A DNA stretch of 64,000 nt, from positions 1,760,001 through 1,824,000 of the forward strand of contig CBDCXV010000010.1 in NCBI GenBank assembly GCA_965223905.1. The letters run 5' to 3'. Shown one piece after another: positions 20,930-30,102 of this stretch. The stretch's first letter is position 1. The number at the start of each line of letters is the position of its first letter. Source of the DNA: Candidatus Latescibacterota bacterium (GTDB lineage: Bacteria > Latescibacterota > UBA2968 > UBA8231). The position numbers and the translations under genes were made by a program. Under the pieces are notes generated by a model that did no database searches, was not told where the DNA came from, and saw only the letters and a list, made by a program, of their open reading frames with translations.

Positions 20930-20988
20930 GCACAACTCCGGATGAGGCCCTGCGTGTGGGGTCGGGCGGGGATGCCGGTGGGAGGTAC

Positions 20989-21025
20989 AAAAATGAAGGG
21001 CTGCTCTCCTTGCAAGCAGCCCTTC
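20989..21025 (-). terminator. Intrinsic terminator downstream of recA
   Basis: GAAGGGCTGCT/AGCAGCCCTTC 11-bp stem with T-run on the minus strand. Confidence 0.7.
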
Positions 21026-21127
21026 GGCTCGGGGGAAGGGGAGGGCGAAACCGCGACAGGGCTGGGGCCCGGGGGTTTGCCGCGGTATCGCCTGAGTAGC
21101 CGGCCGCCGGAGACGGCCGGTTTCCTG

Positions 21128-22372
21128 TTACGCCGCCACCCGTTTCTGTTTCGCCCCTGCCTGACCGGTCGGAGCAGGTTTCTGTACCGCCGTCTTGCCG
21201 TTTCCGACGTTGGCTGCCGGGGCGCGGCCCGCCGGATCCGGGGCGCTCCCGGGCTCTTCCTGGTGGGTAGCCTTCTTGCCGGCGACGACTCCGCCATCCT
21301 CACCTGCGGCTGCTCGGGCCAGGGGAATATTCATCGCCGCGCGGATCTCTTCTTCGATCCGGCCGGAAACTTGCTCGTTCTCTTTCAGATAAATACGCGC
21401 GTTCTCCCTGCCTTGCCCCAGGCGCAGACCGCCGTACGAAAACCAGGTTCCGCTCTTCTCGATGACCCGGTGCTGAACTCCCAGGTCGAGCAAGTCCCCC
21501 TCTTTGGAGATACCGACGTCATCTCCCCGGAAGAGGATGTCGAACTCGGCCTCTCTGAAGGGAGGAGCGACCTTGTTCTTGACTACTTTCACCCGCGTCC
21601 GCCGCCCGATCACCTCGTCGCCGTCCTTTATGTTGCCGATGCTGCGGATATCCATGCGCACCGAGGCGTAGAAGCAGAGGGCGCGGCCCCCGGTCGTGGT
21701 TTCCGGGTTGCCGAACATCACGCCGATTTTCATGCGCAGCTGGTTGATGAAGATCACCGTCGTTCGCGATTTCTGTATCGACCCCGTCAGCTTTCTCAAC
21801 GCCTGCGACATCAACCGCGCCTGCAGCCCCATCTGGGCGTCCCCCATCTCCCCTTCGAGCTCCGCCCGCGGGACCAGCGCCGCCACGGAATCGACGACGA
21901 TGACATCGAGGGCTCCGCTGCGGACCAGTGTGTCGGTGATCTCGAGTGCTTCTTCGCCACAGTCGGGTTGCGCGACCAGCAGGTTCTCGACGTCGACACC
22001 CAGCTTGCGCGCAAAGCCGATGTCGAGGGCGTGCTCGGCGTCGATGAAGGCGGCGATGCCGCCCTTCTTTTGAGCCTGCGCTACCACGTTGAGAGCGCAC
22101 ATGGTCTTGCCGGCCGACTCGGGACCGTACATTTCGATGACGCGGCCCCGCGGGACACCCCCGATCCCGAGAGCGGCGTCGAGCGACAGGCAACCTGTCG
22201 GGACGATGTCGATGTCTACGACCTGGGATTCGCCCAGGCGCATGATGGCCCCCTTGCCGAACTGCTTTTCCACCTGGGTCAGGGCCTGCTGCATCGCTCT
22301 TTGCCGGTCCTGCCCCTTGCCGTCGTTCCTGGCGTCCGAACCTCTCTGTGTGTTGAGCTTGGCCGATACCAT
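21128..22372 (-). CDS. recA: Recombinase A
   Basis: [59 protein letters not shown]; long low-complexity C-tail. Confidence 0.99.
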   Translation of the reverse strand: MVSAKLNTQRGSDARNDGKGQDRQRAMQQALTQVEKQFGKGAIMRLGESQVVDIDIVPTGCLSLDAALGIGGVPRGRVIEMYGPESAGKTMCALNVVAQAQKKGGIAAFIDAEHALDIGFARKLGVDVENLLVAQPDCGEEALEITDTLVRSGALDVIVVDSVAALVPRAELEGEMGDAQMGLQARLMSQALRKLTGSIQKSRTTVIFINQLRMKIGVMFGNPETTTGGRALCFYASVRMDIRSIGNIKDGDEVIGRRTRVKVVKNKVAPPFREAEFDILFRGDDVGISKEGDLLDLGVQHRVIEKSGTWFSYGGLRLGQGRENARIYLKENEQVSGRIEEEIRAAMNIPLARAAAGEDGGVVAGKKATHQEEPGSAPDPAGRAPAANVGNGKTAVQKPAPTGQAGAKQKRVAA

Positions 22373-22466
22373 CTCCGTTTCTCCCGCCTCTCGGCTTTCT
22401 TGCTGAAGGGGAATGTCCAGCGAAGACGATGGGCGCTACCTCTCTGGTGTGCCCTCTGTCTCTCAA

Positions 22467-22506
22467 AACTGAACATAAGAATACTGAAATTTTGTTCAGT
22501 TGTCAA
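22467..22506 (-). promoter_or_regulatory. recA sigma70 promoter with overlapping palindromic operator (candidate SOS box)
   Basis: TTGACA-N17-TATTCT on the minus strand; spacer contains CTG-N10-CAG; wider inverted repeat AACTGAACA-N17-TGTTCAGTT. Confidence 0.75.
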
Positions 22507-22739
22507 GCCTGGGCATCCACTCCCTTGAAGAGAGCTGGGAGGGGGCACCCCGCTCGCCTCCTGCTGTACGCGTTGGCCGATACCCCTTCAACTGTCGTGC
22601 CCGGACTGCACCCCGCTGGTCCACCAGGTGATAACTACTTGTTTCAAATGTACTTAAGATATAGACCCAGATTTGCCGGGAGGCCGTTGGCGGCCCGGCC
22701 CCCGGGTATCGTCGTATACGGAGATGTTCCCGATCGGTG

Positions 22740-23627
22740 TCAGGCAGAACGGGCGGCAGCGGCGCTGTGGCTGGCGATCACGACGCGCGGGATGCCACCG
22801 AGGTCGGGACGGACGCCGACAGGGGCGAAGTTCCCGCTCTCTTGGAGGATCCCGGATACCTCGGACGCCTGGCCGTCACCTACCTCCAGGAGGAGCAGGC
22901 CGTCCGGGGCGAGCACCGAGCCTGCGGAGACGGCGAGCCTGCGGTAGAAGTCGAGCCCGTCGGTGCCGCCGTCCAGAGCCAGGCGGGGCTCGAAATCCCG
23001 CACCTCCGCGTCGAGTCGCTCGATCTCGGCGCTGGGTATGTACGGAGGGTTGCACACGACTGCTTCGAAGTGGTCGCCGGGGGCGAATGCGGACAGGAGG
23101 TCGCTGCGGACGATATGGAGGTTCCCGTCGACTCCGCGGGCCGTTGCGTTGCGCCGGGTCGTCATCAGGGCATGGCGATCGATATCGACTGCCGTCACGC
23201 GCGCCGAAGGCTTCTCGTGGGCGATAGAGATCCCTATGGCGCCGCTGCCGCACCCGAGATCCAAGGTGTGGGGATTTTCCCTCGACGTCAGGAACTCCAG
23301 GGCGCAATCGACCAGAATCTCGGTTTCCGGACGCGGTATCAGGACCGATTCCGACACCTCGAGATCGAGCAATCGAAAGCTCGCCGTGCCGGTGATGTAC
23401 TGAACGGGAGCCCCGCGCAGGCGTTTGCGCACGTAGCCGCGGAAACGGGCGATCTCTTCTTCGATGACCGTCCTTTCGAACTGGAGGTAGAGGTCGAGTC
23501 GCTTTATCTCCAGGGCGGCTGCCAACAGCAGCTCGGATTGCAGCCTGGGATTGTCGATCCCCTGTGACGCAAAAAAGCCGCTCGCTTCGTTCAGAAGGTC
23601 GAGCAGCTTCCAAGGGGGCTTACTCAT
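22740..23627 (-). CDS. prmC: Release factor glutamine methyltransferase
   Basis: LIPRPETE, LDLGCGSGAI, NPPY, ALDGGTDGLDFY. Confidence 0.97.
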   Translation of the reverse strand: MSKPPWKLLDLLNEASGFFASQGIDNPRLQSELLLAAALEIKRLDLYLQFERTVIEEEIARFRGYVRKRLRGAPVQYITGTASFRLLDLEVSESVLIPRPETEILVDCALEFLTSRENPHTLDLGCGSGAIGISIAHEKPSARVTAVDIDRHALMTTRRNATARGVDGNLHIVRSDLLSAFAPGDHFEAVVCNPPYIPSAEIERLDAEVRDFEPRLALDGGTDGLDFYRRLAVSAGSVLAPDGLLLLEVGDGQASEVSGILQESGNFAPVGVRPDLGGIPRVVIASHSAAAARSA

Positions 23628-23743
23628 TTATTTGGCGTCCGTCTCACAACTGCCTCGACACTCTTCGACCGATCCGTGCCATTCTTCGCGGGCCGGATTT
23701 CCCCGCTCGGATCATGAAAACAGGACGCCTGAAGGCCGCTGAC

Positions 23744-24826
23744 TCATGAGGCCAGCGCATCTCCTTGTTCCGCTTCGGCGAGTTTGTCGAGGAACTCGTC
23801 GAGCTCGCCGTCGAGAACGCCATCCAACCGGTAGATCGACAGCCCGATGCGGTGGTCGGTAACGCGACCCTGGGGAAAGTTGTAGGTGCGTATCTTGGCG
23901 CTGCGGTCGCCCGACCCGATCTGCTGCCGCCGCTCTCGCGACAGCTCGGCCTCCTGTTCCTCGCGGCGTTGATCCAGGAGGCGCGCGCGCAGGACCTTCA
24001 TCGCCTTGTTCTTGTTCTTCAGCTGCGACTTTTCGTCCTGGCAGCTGACCACCATGCCGGTCGGTTTGTGCGTGATCCTCACCGCCGAGTCGGTCGTGTT
24101 CACACTCTGTCCGCCCGGACCGCTGGAGCGGTACACGTCGACCTCAATCTCTTCAGGGGAGATCTCGACATCGATATCGTCGGCCTCGGGCAGCACCGCC
24201 ACCGACGCTGCCGAGGTGTGGATACGGCCGCTGGCTTCGGTCTTGGGCACGCGCTGAACCCGGTGCACCCCGCTTTCGAATTTCAGCTTGCCGTACGCGG
24301 AAGCACCCGAGACCATGAAGACGACCTCCTTGAATCCTCCAGAGGGATTGGTGCTCGAGGAGAGCGGCTCGGTTTTCCAGGAATTGCGTTCGGCGAAGCG
24401 GTGGTACATCCGGAACAGGTCGCTGGCGAACAGGCCGGCTTCGTCACCTCCGGTACCCGCCCGGATCTCGACGATGGCGTTGCGCCCGGCATTCGGATCC
24501 CTGGGGATCAACAACAGCTGAATCCCCGCTTCGAGTTGGCCGATCTCCCCGTGGAGCTCCCGCAGCTCCTCGCTGGCCAGCTCCACGAGTTCGGCATCGT
24601 CCGCCTCGGCGATTATCTGCACCGCATCGGCGCGGCGTTCCAGGCATCCGCGATAGCTCCCTGCGAGGTCGACGACCTCGCGCAACTCCCCCAGCTCGCG
24701 GGCCAGCCGTTGGTACTGCGAGGAATTCCGGACGATCTCCGGGTCAGCGAGGTCTTCGCTGATCTCGTCGAACCGCCGCTCTTTCTCGCCGAGCTTGTCG
24801 AGCAGTGGAGAGGGGGCGTCGCTCAT
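23744..24826 (-). CDS. prfA: Peptide chain release factor 1
   Basis: EIRAGTGGDEA, GVHRVQRVPKTE (PxT), GGQ motif; ATG at 24826 overlaps the upstream stop. Confidence 0.97.
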   Translation of the reverse strand: MSDAPSPLLDKLGEKERRFDEISEDLADPEIVRNSSQYQRLARELGELREVVDLAGSYRGCLERRADAVQIIAEADDAELVELASEELRELHGEIGQLEAGIQLLLIPRDPNAGRNAIVEIRAGTGGDEAGLFASDLFRMYHRFAERNSWKTEPLSSSTNPSGGFKEVVFMVSGASAYGKLKFESGVHRVQRVPKTEASGRIHTSAASVAVLPEADDIDVEISPEEIEVDVYRSSGPGGQSVNTTDSAVRITHKPTGMVVSCQDEKSQLKNKNKAMKVLRARLLDQRREEQEAELSRERRQQIGSGDRSAKIRTYNFPQGRVTDHRIGLSIYRLDGVLDGELDEFLDKLAEAEQGDALAS

Positions 24827-25887
24827 TCGCCAGCCCCGTCCGAGCCGGGCGGAGATTCGGCCGCCTCCGCCGGGGCGGCAGAAGGGGTTCGTCCATCCTG
24901 GGACCAGATCTCGTACTCGGCGACCGCGGGCAGTCCGAGGGCGCAGCGCAGGGCGACCAGGGCCACCTCGAGCTGGGCGTCGTCCGGCTCCCGGGTCGTT
25001 ATCCGCTGCAGCCAGAGACCGGGAGCGATCAGCAGTCGGGTCAGGGGATGATTGCGTTTTCGGCCGGAAAGTTTCAGCAGCTCGAAGCTCACCCCGGATA
25101 TTAATGGCAGGACGCAAAGATGTGTGGCGAAACGCTCGAGCAGCGATTGTCTGCGGCCTATGGCCTCGGCGACGGCCGAGTCTACCAGCGCGAAGGCAAG
25201 TATCGATATCAGAACGACGATCAGCAGAAAACTGGTACCGCACCTGGGGTGCAGTCTCCCGTACCCTCGGGCCCGGACGACCGTCAAATCGTCGCCGGCC
25301 TCCTGCGTGTAGATGCTCTTGTGCTCGGCCCCGTGGTATTCGAAAACACGGCGTATTTCGCTCCAGTGACTCAAACCCCACAGGTACAGGATGAAAAGTG
25401 CCAGCCGCACCGAGCCGGCCAGCAGGTTGAACTGAAAGGCATCGCGAGCGGCGCCTCTGAGCTCGGCGACGAACAGCGGCAGGAAGAAGAAGATTCCCAG
25501 CCCTGCAGCGAGGCTGATCGCTACGGTCAGTACCAGGGCTGCCCGATTCTGCCAGGATTTGCCTGCCTGCTCGGGTTCGCCCTGCTGCCGCGCTTCGGCC
25601 TGCATCGCCATCTCGGCAGAGAAGTTGAGGGTGCGCACCCCGATGATCGCCATCTCGAAAAACGACACGGCGCCGCGAATGACCGGAACTCCCAACAGCC
25701 GCAGGCGCCGGGACCACGGGATGTGCTCCTCTTCCCTGACCAGGATCCCGCGGTCCGGAGTGCGCACTGCCGTGACTATTTTCTCCTGCGCCCGAATCAT
25801 CACCCCTTCGATGACGGCCTGGCCCCCGATCGGCAGGTCTTCCGATTCCCGCGTGCCTTGGGCGGTTGAGAAATTCCTGTTACTCAT
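24823..25887 (-). CDS. DUF1385 membrane protein
   Basis: IGGQAVIEGVM, YHGAEHK, HPRCGTSF, PGLWLQRITTREP. Confidence 0.92.
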   Translation of the reverse strand: MSNRNFSTAQGTRESEDLPIGGQAVIEGVMIRAQEKIVTAVRTPDRGILVREEEHIPWSRRLRLLGVPVIRGAVSFFEMAIIGVRTLNFSAEMAMQAEARQQGEPEQAGKSWQNRAALVLTVAISLAAGLGIFFFLPLFVAELRGAARDAFQFNLLAGSVRLALFILYLWGLSHWSEIRRVFEYHGAEHKSIYTQEAGDDLTVVRARGYGRLHPRCGTSFLLIVVLISILAFALVDSAVAEAIGRRQSLLERFATHLCVLPLISGVSFELLKLSGRKRNHPLTRLLIAPGLWLQRITTREPDDAQLEVALVALRCALGLPAVAEYEIWSQDGRTPSAAPAEAAESPPGSDGAGE

Positions 25888-25976
25888 TCGTTTCGCTGCG
25901 TTCCCCGAAGTACATAAAAAAGGCGACAGGGCCGGCCCCTTCATGGAGCAAACCTGTCACCTCGAGTGTACGGGAA

Positions 25977-26237
25977 TCAGTTCCCAGCGGCTTTGTCGCC
26001 GTAGCGGCGGCGGAATTGTTCGATGCGGCCACCGCGTTCGGCGATCTGCTGGCGTTTGCCCGTATAGAACGGGTGGGATGCCGAACTGATCTCGACGCGG
26101 ATCAGGGGGTAGGTGTTGCCATCTTCCCACTCGATCGTCTGATCGGTAGCCGCCGTCGACCTCGTCAGCACCTTGAAGTCGCCGCTTACATCCTGAATGA
26201 CGACCGGCCGGTAGTCGGGGTGGATGTCGCTTTTCAT
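25977..26237 (-). CDS. rpmE2: 50S ribosomal protein L31 type B
   Basis: [38 protein letters not shown]; no cysteines. Confidence 0.95.
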   Translation of the reverse strand: MKSDIHPDYRPVVIQDVSGDFKVLTRSTAATDQTIEWEDGNTYPLIRVEISSASHPFYTGKRQQIAERGGRIEQFRRRYGDKAAGN

Positions 26238-26340
26238 GGCTCTTTCGCGTTCTGTCGTTGCAACGGGTTGGTTTAAAAGAAAATATGACCCTGTCAAAGT
26301 GGCGCAACGGCGGAAACCCCGCGGCGCCCGCAGGGGAGCG

Positions 26341-27693
26341 CTACTCGTTCATGGCCTTCAGGAATTCCTCGTTCGAAGCCGTTCCCTGCATCTTCTCGGT
26401 GAGGAACTCCATCCCCTCGACGACTCCCATCTGATTGAGGATGCGCCGAATGATATACGACCGGCTCAATTCCAGCTCGCCGAGAAGAAGCTCCTCCTTG
26501 CGCGTGCTGGTCGCGGTCACGTCGATCGCCGGATAGGTGCGCCTGTTGCTCAGCTTGCGATCCAGCGTCACCTGCATGTTTCCGGTTCCCTTGAACTCCT
26601 CGAAAATCACCTCATCCATGCGGCTGCCGGTATCGACGAGGGTGGTTGAGACGATGGTCAGGCTGCCCCCTTCCTCGACGTTGCGTGCAGCGGCGAAAAA
26701 CCTGCGCGGCCATTGCAGAGCTGTCGAGTCGACGCCCCCCGTCAGGATACGGCCGCTGTGTGGGGTGACGGTGTTGTAGGCGCGCGCCAGGCGCGTCATG
26801 CTGTCGAGCAGGATGACGACGTCCCGTTTGTGCTCGATCAGCCGACGCGCTTTCTCGATGACCATCTCGGCAACCTGAACGTGCCGGGTTGCGGGCTCGT
26901 CGAAAGTGGAACTGACGACCTCGCCCTTTACCGAACGCTGCATGTCGGTGACTTCCTCCGGGCGTTCGTCTATCAGCAGCACTATCAGAATCACTTCGGG
27001 GTGATTGTGGGTAATGGCGTTGGCGATTTTCTGAAGCAGGACCGTCTTGCCGGTGAACGGGGGGGCGACAATCAGCCCGCGCTGGCCCTTTCCGATCGGT
27101 GACAGCAGGTCGAGGATCCGCGTGGTGAGATCCTTGGGGTTGTGTTCCAGCACCATGCGCTCAGTCGGATGCAGAGCGGTCAGGTTCTCGAAAATCGTCT
27201 TGCTTTTGGTTACCTCTGGATCCTCGAAGTTGATCGCCTCGACGCGCAACAGGGCAAAATACTTCTCGTCGTTCTTCGGGGGTCTGATCTGTCCGGATAT
27301 GGTGTCCCCGGTGCGCAGGCCAAACCGTTTTATCTGGGAATGCGAGACGTAGATATCGTCGGGACCGGGCAGGTAGTTGTAGCTCGGAGAGCGCAGGAAG
27401 CCGAAACCCTCGTCGAGGACTTCGAGCACCCCCTGGGCAAACAGCAGTCCACTGCGCTCGGTCTGAGCCTTCAGTATGGCGAAGATCAGCTCCTGCTTGC
27501 GCAGCGAATGGTAGTCGGGAACGTCGAGATCGCGTGCCAACTCCTGCTGATCAAGGATGTTCATCTTCTGCAGGTCGATGATGTTGAGCTTTATGGTACG
27601 CTCGTTGGCGCGTTCGGATCTGGAACGGTTGTTGTTGCGTTCGGAGGGCGAACGCTTCCGTTCGGGCGCTGCCTTGGTGCGCTCGGCGGGCAT
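26341..27693 (-). CDS. rho: Transcription termination factor Rho
   Basis: [52 protein letters not shown]. Confidence 0.98.
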   Translation of the reverse strand: MPAERTKAAPERKRSPSERNNNRSRSERANERTIKLNIIDLQKMNILDQQELARDLDVPDYHSLRKQELIFAILKAQTERSGLLFAQGVLEVLDEGFGFLRSPSYNYLPGPDDIYVSHSQIKRFGLRTGDTISGQIRPPKNDEKYFALLRVEAINFEDPEVTKSKTIFENLTALHPTERMVLEHNPKDLTTRILDLLSPIGKGQRGLIVAPPFTGKTVLLQKIANAITHNHPEVILIVLLIDERPEEVTDMQRSVKGEVVSSTFDEPATRHVQVAEMVIEKARRLIEHKRDVVILLDSMTRLARAYNTVTPHSGRILTGGVDSTALQWPRRFFAAARNVEEGGSLTIVSTTLVDTGSRMDEVIFEEFKGTGNMQVTLDRKLSNRRTYPAIDVTATSTRKEELLLGELELSRSYIIRRILNQMGVVEGMEFLTEKMQGTASNEEFLKAMNE

Positions 27694-27954
27694 TGGGAGA
27701 CCTTTCGTGTAGATCGTTACATGGGTGTCGCGCCCCACCACGGGAACGCGGGGCGCGCTCCAGTTTCCCGTTCAAGGGCTTGTCGACCCGGATATCTGCA
27801 GGCCGAACGATGCGATTGAAAATTGAAGTCTTGTTGCTGGCCGGATTACTGCTGAAGTCTTGGTGACGGACAGCTGCCGGAAACAGGGACAGCAGACCGG
27901 AAAAGCGAAGTAAGTGTTAAGGAGAGGTTATGATTCGCTACGAAGGGTGGCGGT

Positions 27955-27983
27955 AAACTATAGAGGAATATGGGGATTGTCAA
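27955..27983 (-). promoter_or_regulatory. rho promoter
   Basis: TTGACA-N17-TAGTTT on the minus strand, about 260 nt upstream of the ATG. Confidence 0.65.
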
Positions 27984-28143
27984 GCCCTTTGGCGTCAGTA
28001 ACCCCTCCAGGCAAATGCTCCGAGTTTGCCCGACACTCCCCGATTCGCCTGGTTATCCAATGCCCCGGAACGTGGGGCGGATCCCTGGGGATATTTGTAC
28101 GCGCCGGATACAACCCTGCAAACCTCCTTGGTTACGTCTGGTC

Positions 28144-28181
28144 AAAAGAAAAGGGCGCGCCACCGTAGGGTAAGCGCGCCC
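28144..28181 (-). terminator. Intrinsic terminator
   Basis: GGGCGCGC/GCGCGCCC stem followed by TTTTCTTTT on the minus strand. Confidence 0.7.
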
Positions 28182-28208
28182 GCATTGATTGGGTGTCAGT
28201 CGTCGGCC

Positions 28209-29618
28209 TTAATTGCTGACGTCCCTTTCATATCCAAAGAAATCTGCGAACTTCATGAAATCATCGAGATTGATATTCCCATTGCAGTCCAGGTCGGCCT
28301 TGTAATTGTATTCGATATCATCCTCGGTAAAACCGAAGAAGTCAGCGAAGAGGAAGAAATCCCCATAATCAACGTCATCATCTTCGTCTAGGAAGCCGAC
28401 CACGTCGACTTCCTCTTCTGTTTCCGGATCGAAAATAACCTCGACACGAGCACAGACGAGCTCGGCAACGCTGCTGCCGAGAACCACTACCCCGGCCTCC
28501 CTGTTGCGGGGATCATTGCTGGAGATGTTGAGGGAGGAATTGAAGTCACCCGTTTCGGCCGGGGAAAAGAGGATGTCGACTTCCTCTGATGCATCGGGAG
28601 CGATCACGACTTCGGCATCCTCATCGTCGATGGAGAACGCGTCATCCCCCTCCAGTACCAAGCTGACCTCAAGATCCCCGTCCCCATTGTTGGTGATCGC
28701 CAAGGTCTTGGTCTTGCTCTCGCCTGGAAGCACGTTGCGAAAGTTGAATCTGGTGCGGCTCAGGGAAATCATCGGCGCATCGATACCGCCGACGATAGTG
28801 GCACTCAACCCCACGACCGTCTCGCGATTATCCGGATCGTTCGTTCTGATAGTCAGTGCCCCGCTGTAATCGAGGTTGAAGTTACCGACCTCGGCGGCCA
28901 GGAAACTGACCGAAAACGAGATGTCTTCGTTGATCGCGAGAATGATCGGCTCATCGTCAGCGTCCAAGTCCATAGCGAAGCCGTCCCCCTCAATCGAGAC
29001 TTCGACACCGAGGACGGCATCGGCGTCGGTGGCCGCATTGGTAACTGTGATGGTCTCAGACGTTTCCGAATCGGGGCCAACCTCCCCGAACGCGATATCT
29101 CCCTCCGGGGTAATGGAGACTACTGGCGGCGGTCCGACTGCGACCGGACCGGAATCCGCAGCTTCGCTCTCGTTTCCGCCGCCATCGACAGCGGTGACCG
29201 AATAATCGTAAGTGATCCCGCTTTCCACCGTTTCATCGACGTAGGTGTAGGAGTCGAACCCGACCTCGAAAGGTACTTCATCGATCAATTCGGGCTCACC
29301 ACCAAGCTCGCTACGCCTGATGCTGTAGCGAACGACGTCTTTGACGAGAATTGACGGACCACCTGAAGTGAAATCGGGCCCGACCGGCACTGTCCTCACC
29401 CCCTCCGAAGGGGAGGGATCCCATGTCAGGACCACGCTGGGGCCGACGAAGTCGACTTCGGCTGTCAGGTTGCTAGGTGCATCAGGGGCGATATCGTCGA
29501 CCCCGGCAACCGGATCGGACAGATGGTGGTCAGCGTTTGCGGAATTCGCCCAAACAAGGGCGGCAGCCAACCCGAACAGGGCGACGCCTGCCGAAAACGT
29601 CTTTATACCTCTCGACAT
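28209..29618 (-). CDS. Acidic secreted protein: FN3 + two choice-of-anchor D/ASH-type Ig domains + dockerin/EF-hand-like C-terminus
   Basis: RBS GAGGAGG; signal peptide; APSNLTA..YDYSVTAVDGGGNES; IRTNDPDN and ISSNDPRN; DVDYGDFFLFADFFG..ADLDCNGNINLDDFMKFADFFG. Confidence 0.8.
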   Translation of the reverse strand: MSRGIKTFSAGVALFGLAAALVWANSANADHHLSDPVAGVDDIAPDAPSNLTAEVDFVGPSVVLTWDPSPSEGVRTVPVGPDFTSGGPSILVKDVVRYSIRRSELGGEPELIDEVPFEVGFDSYTYVDETVESGITYDYSVTAVDGGGNESEAADSGPVAVGPPPVVSITPEGDIAFGEVGPDSETSETITVTNAATDADAVLGVEVSIEGDGFAMDLDADDEPIILAINEDISFSVSFLAAEVGNFNLDYSGALTIRTNDPDNRETVVGLSATIVGGIDAPMISLSRTRFNFRNVLPGESKTKTLAITNNGDGDLEVSLVLEGDDAFSIDDEDAEVVIAPDASEEVDILFSPAETGDFNSSLNISSNDPRNREAGVVVLGSSVAELVCARVEVIFDPETEEEVDVVGFLDEDDDVDYGDFFLFADFFGFTEDDIEYNYKADLDCNGNINLDDFMKFADFFGYERDVSN

Positions 29619-30102
29619 ATTCGATTTCCTCCTCATCGGAATCTCTGTAATCGGGAATTTTTCGATCGTGAAGGGCGTTGAGAAGCACCTTCGACTTCCT
29701 CGGGTCCAACAGTGCGGAAATTTCCCACAACTCAAGGCGAGGTCGCTAGTTACTGCAAAAAGGTGCTGAGTACCGCTAATTTAGGGTATTGTCGTTGCAA
29801 GTCAAGCAAATTTCTCGTCTGCCCTGGGCGCTTTTTGGGGACCAGATGCCGCTGTCAATGTCATTCGGAAGGGCCGATTCCGGGCGCCTGCCCTTTTGAG
29901 CAGCATACCGGTACGTGCTTGCACGATGGCGGGTAATGGAGCCAGTTCGCCGCCTCCGTATGCCGCCTCCGTATACTGTGTATGCAAAAGTCAGCAGCCC
30001 CAAAATATCGCGGTTTGACCGGGAAATCCAACCCGGGTAGCTTCTGATGCCCGGCGGCAATCCGGCAACCCGCAGACTGTCCTTTTCGATCGGGGCGTGA
30101 AA

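Noticed and set aside
23744-25717. 657-aa N-terminally extended RF1
   Set aside because: The extension overlaps DUF1385 in another frame; the real start is 24826.
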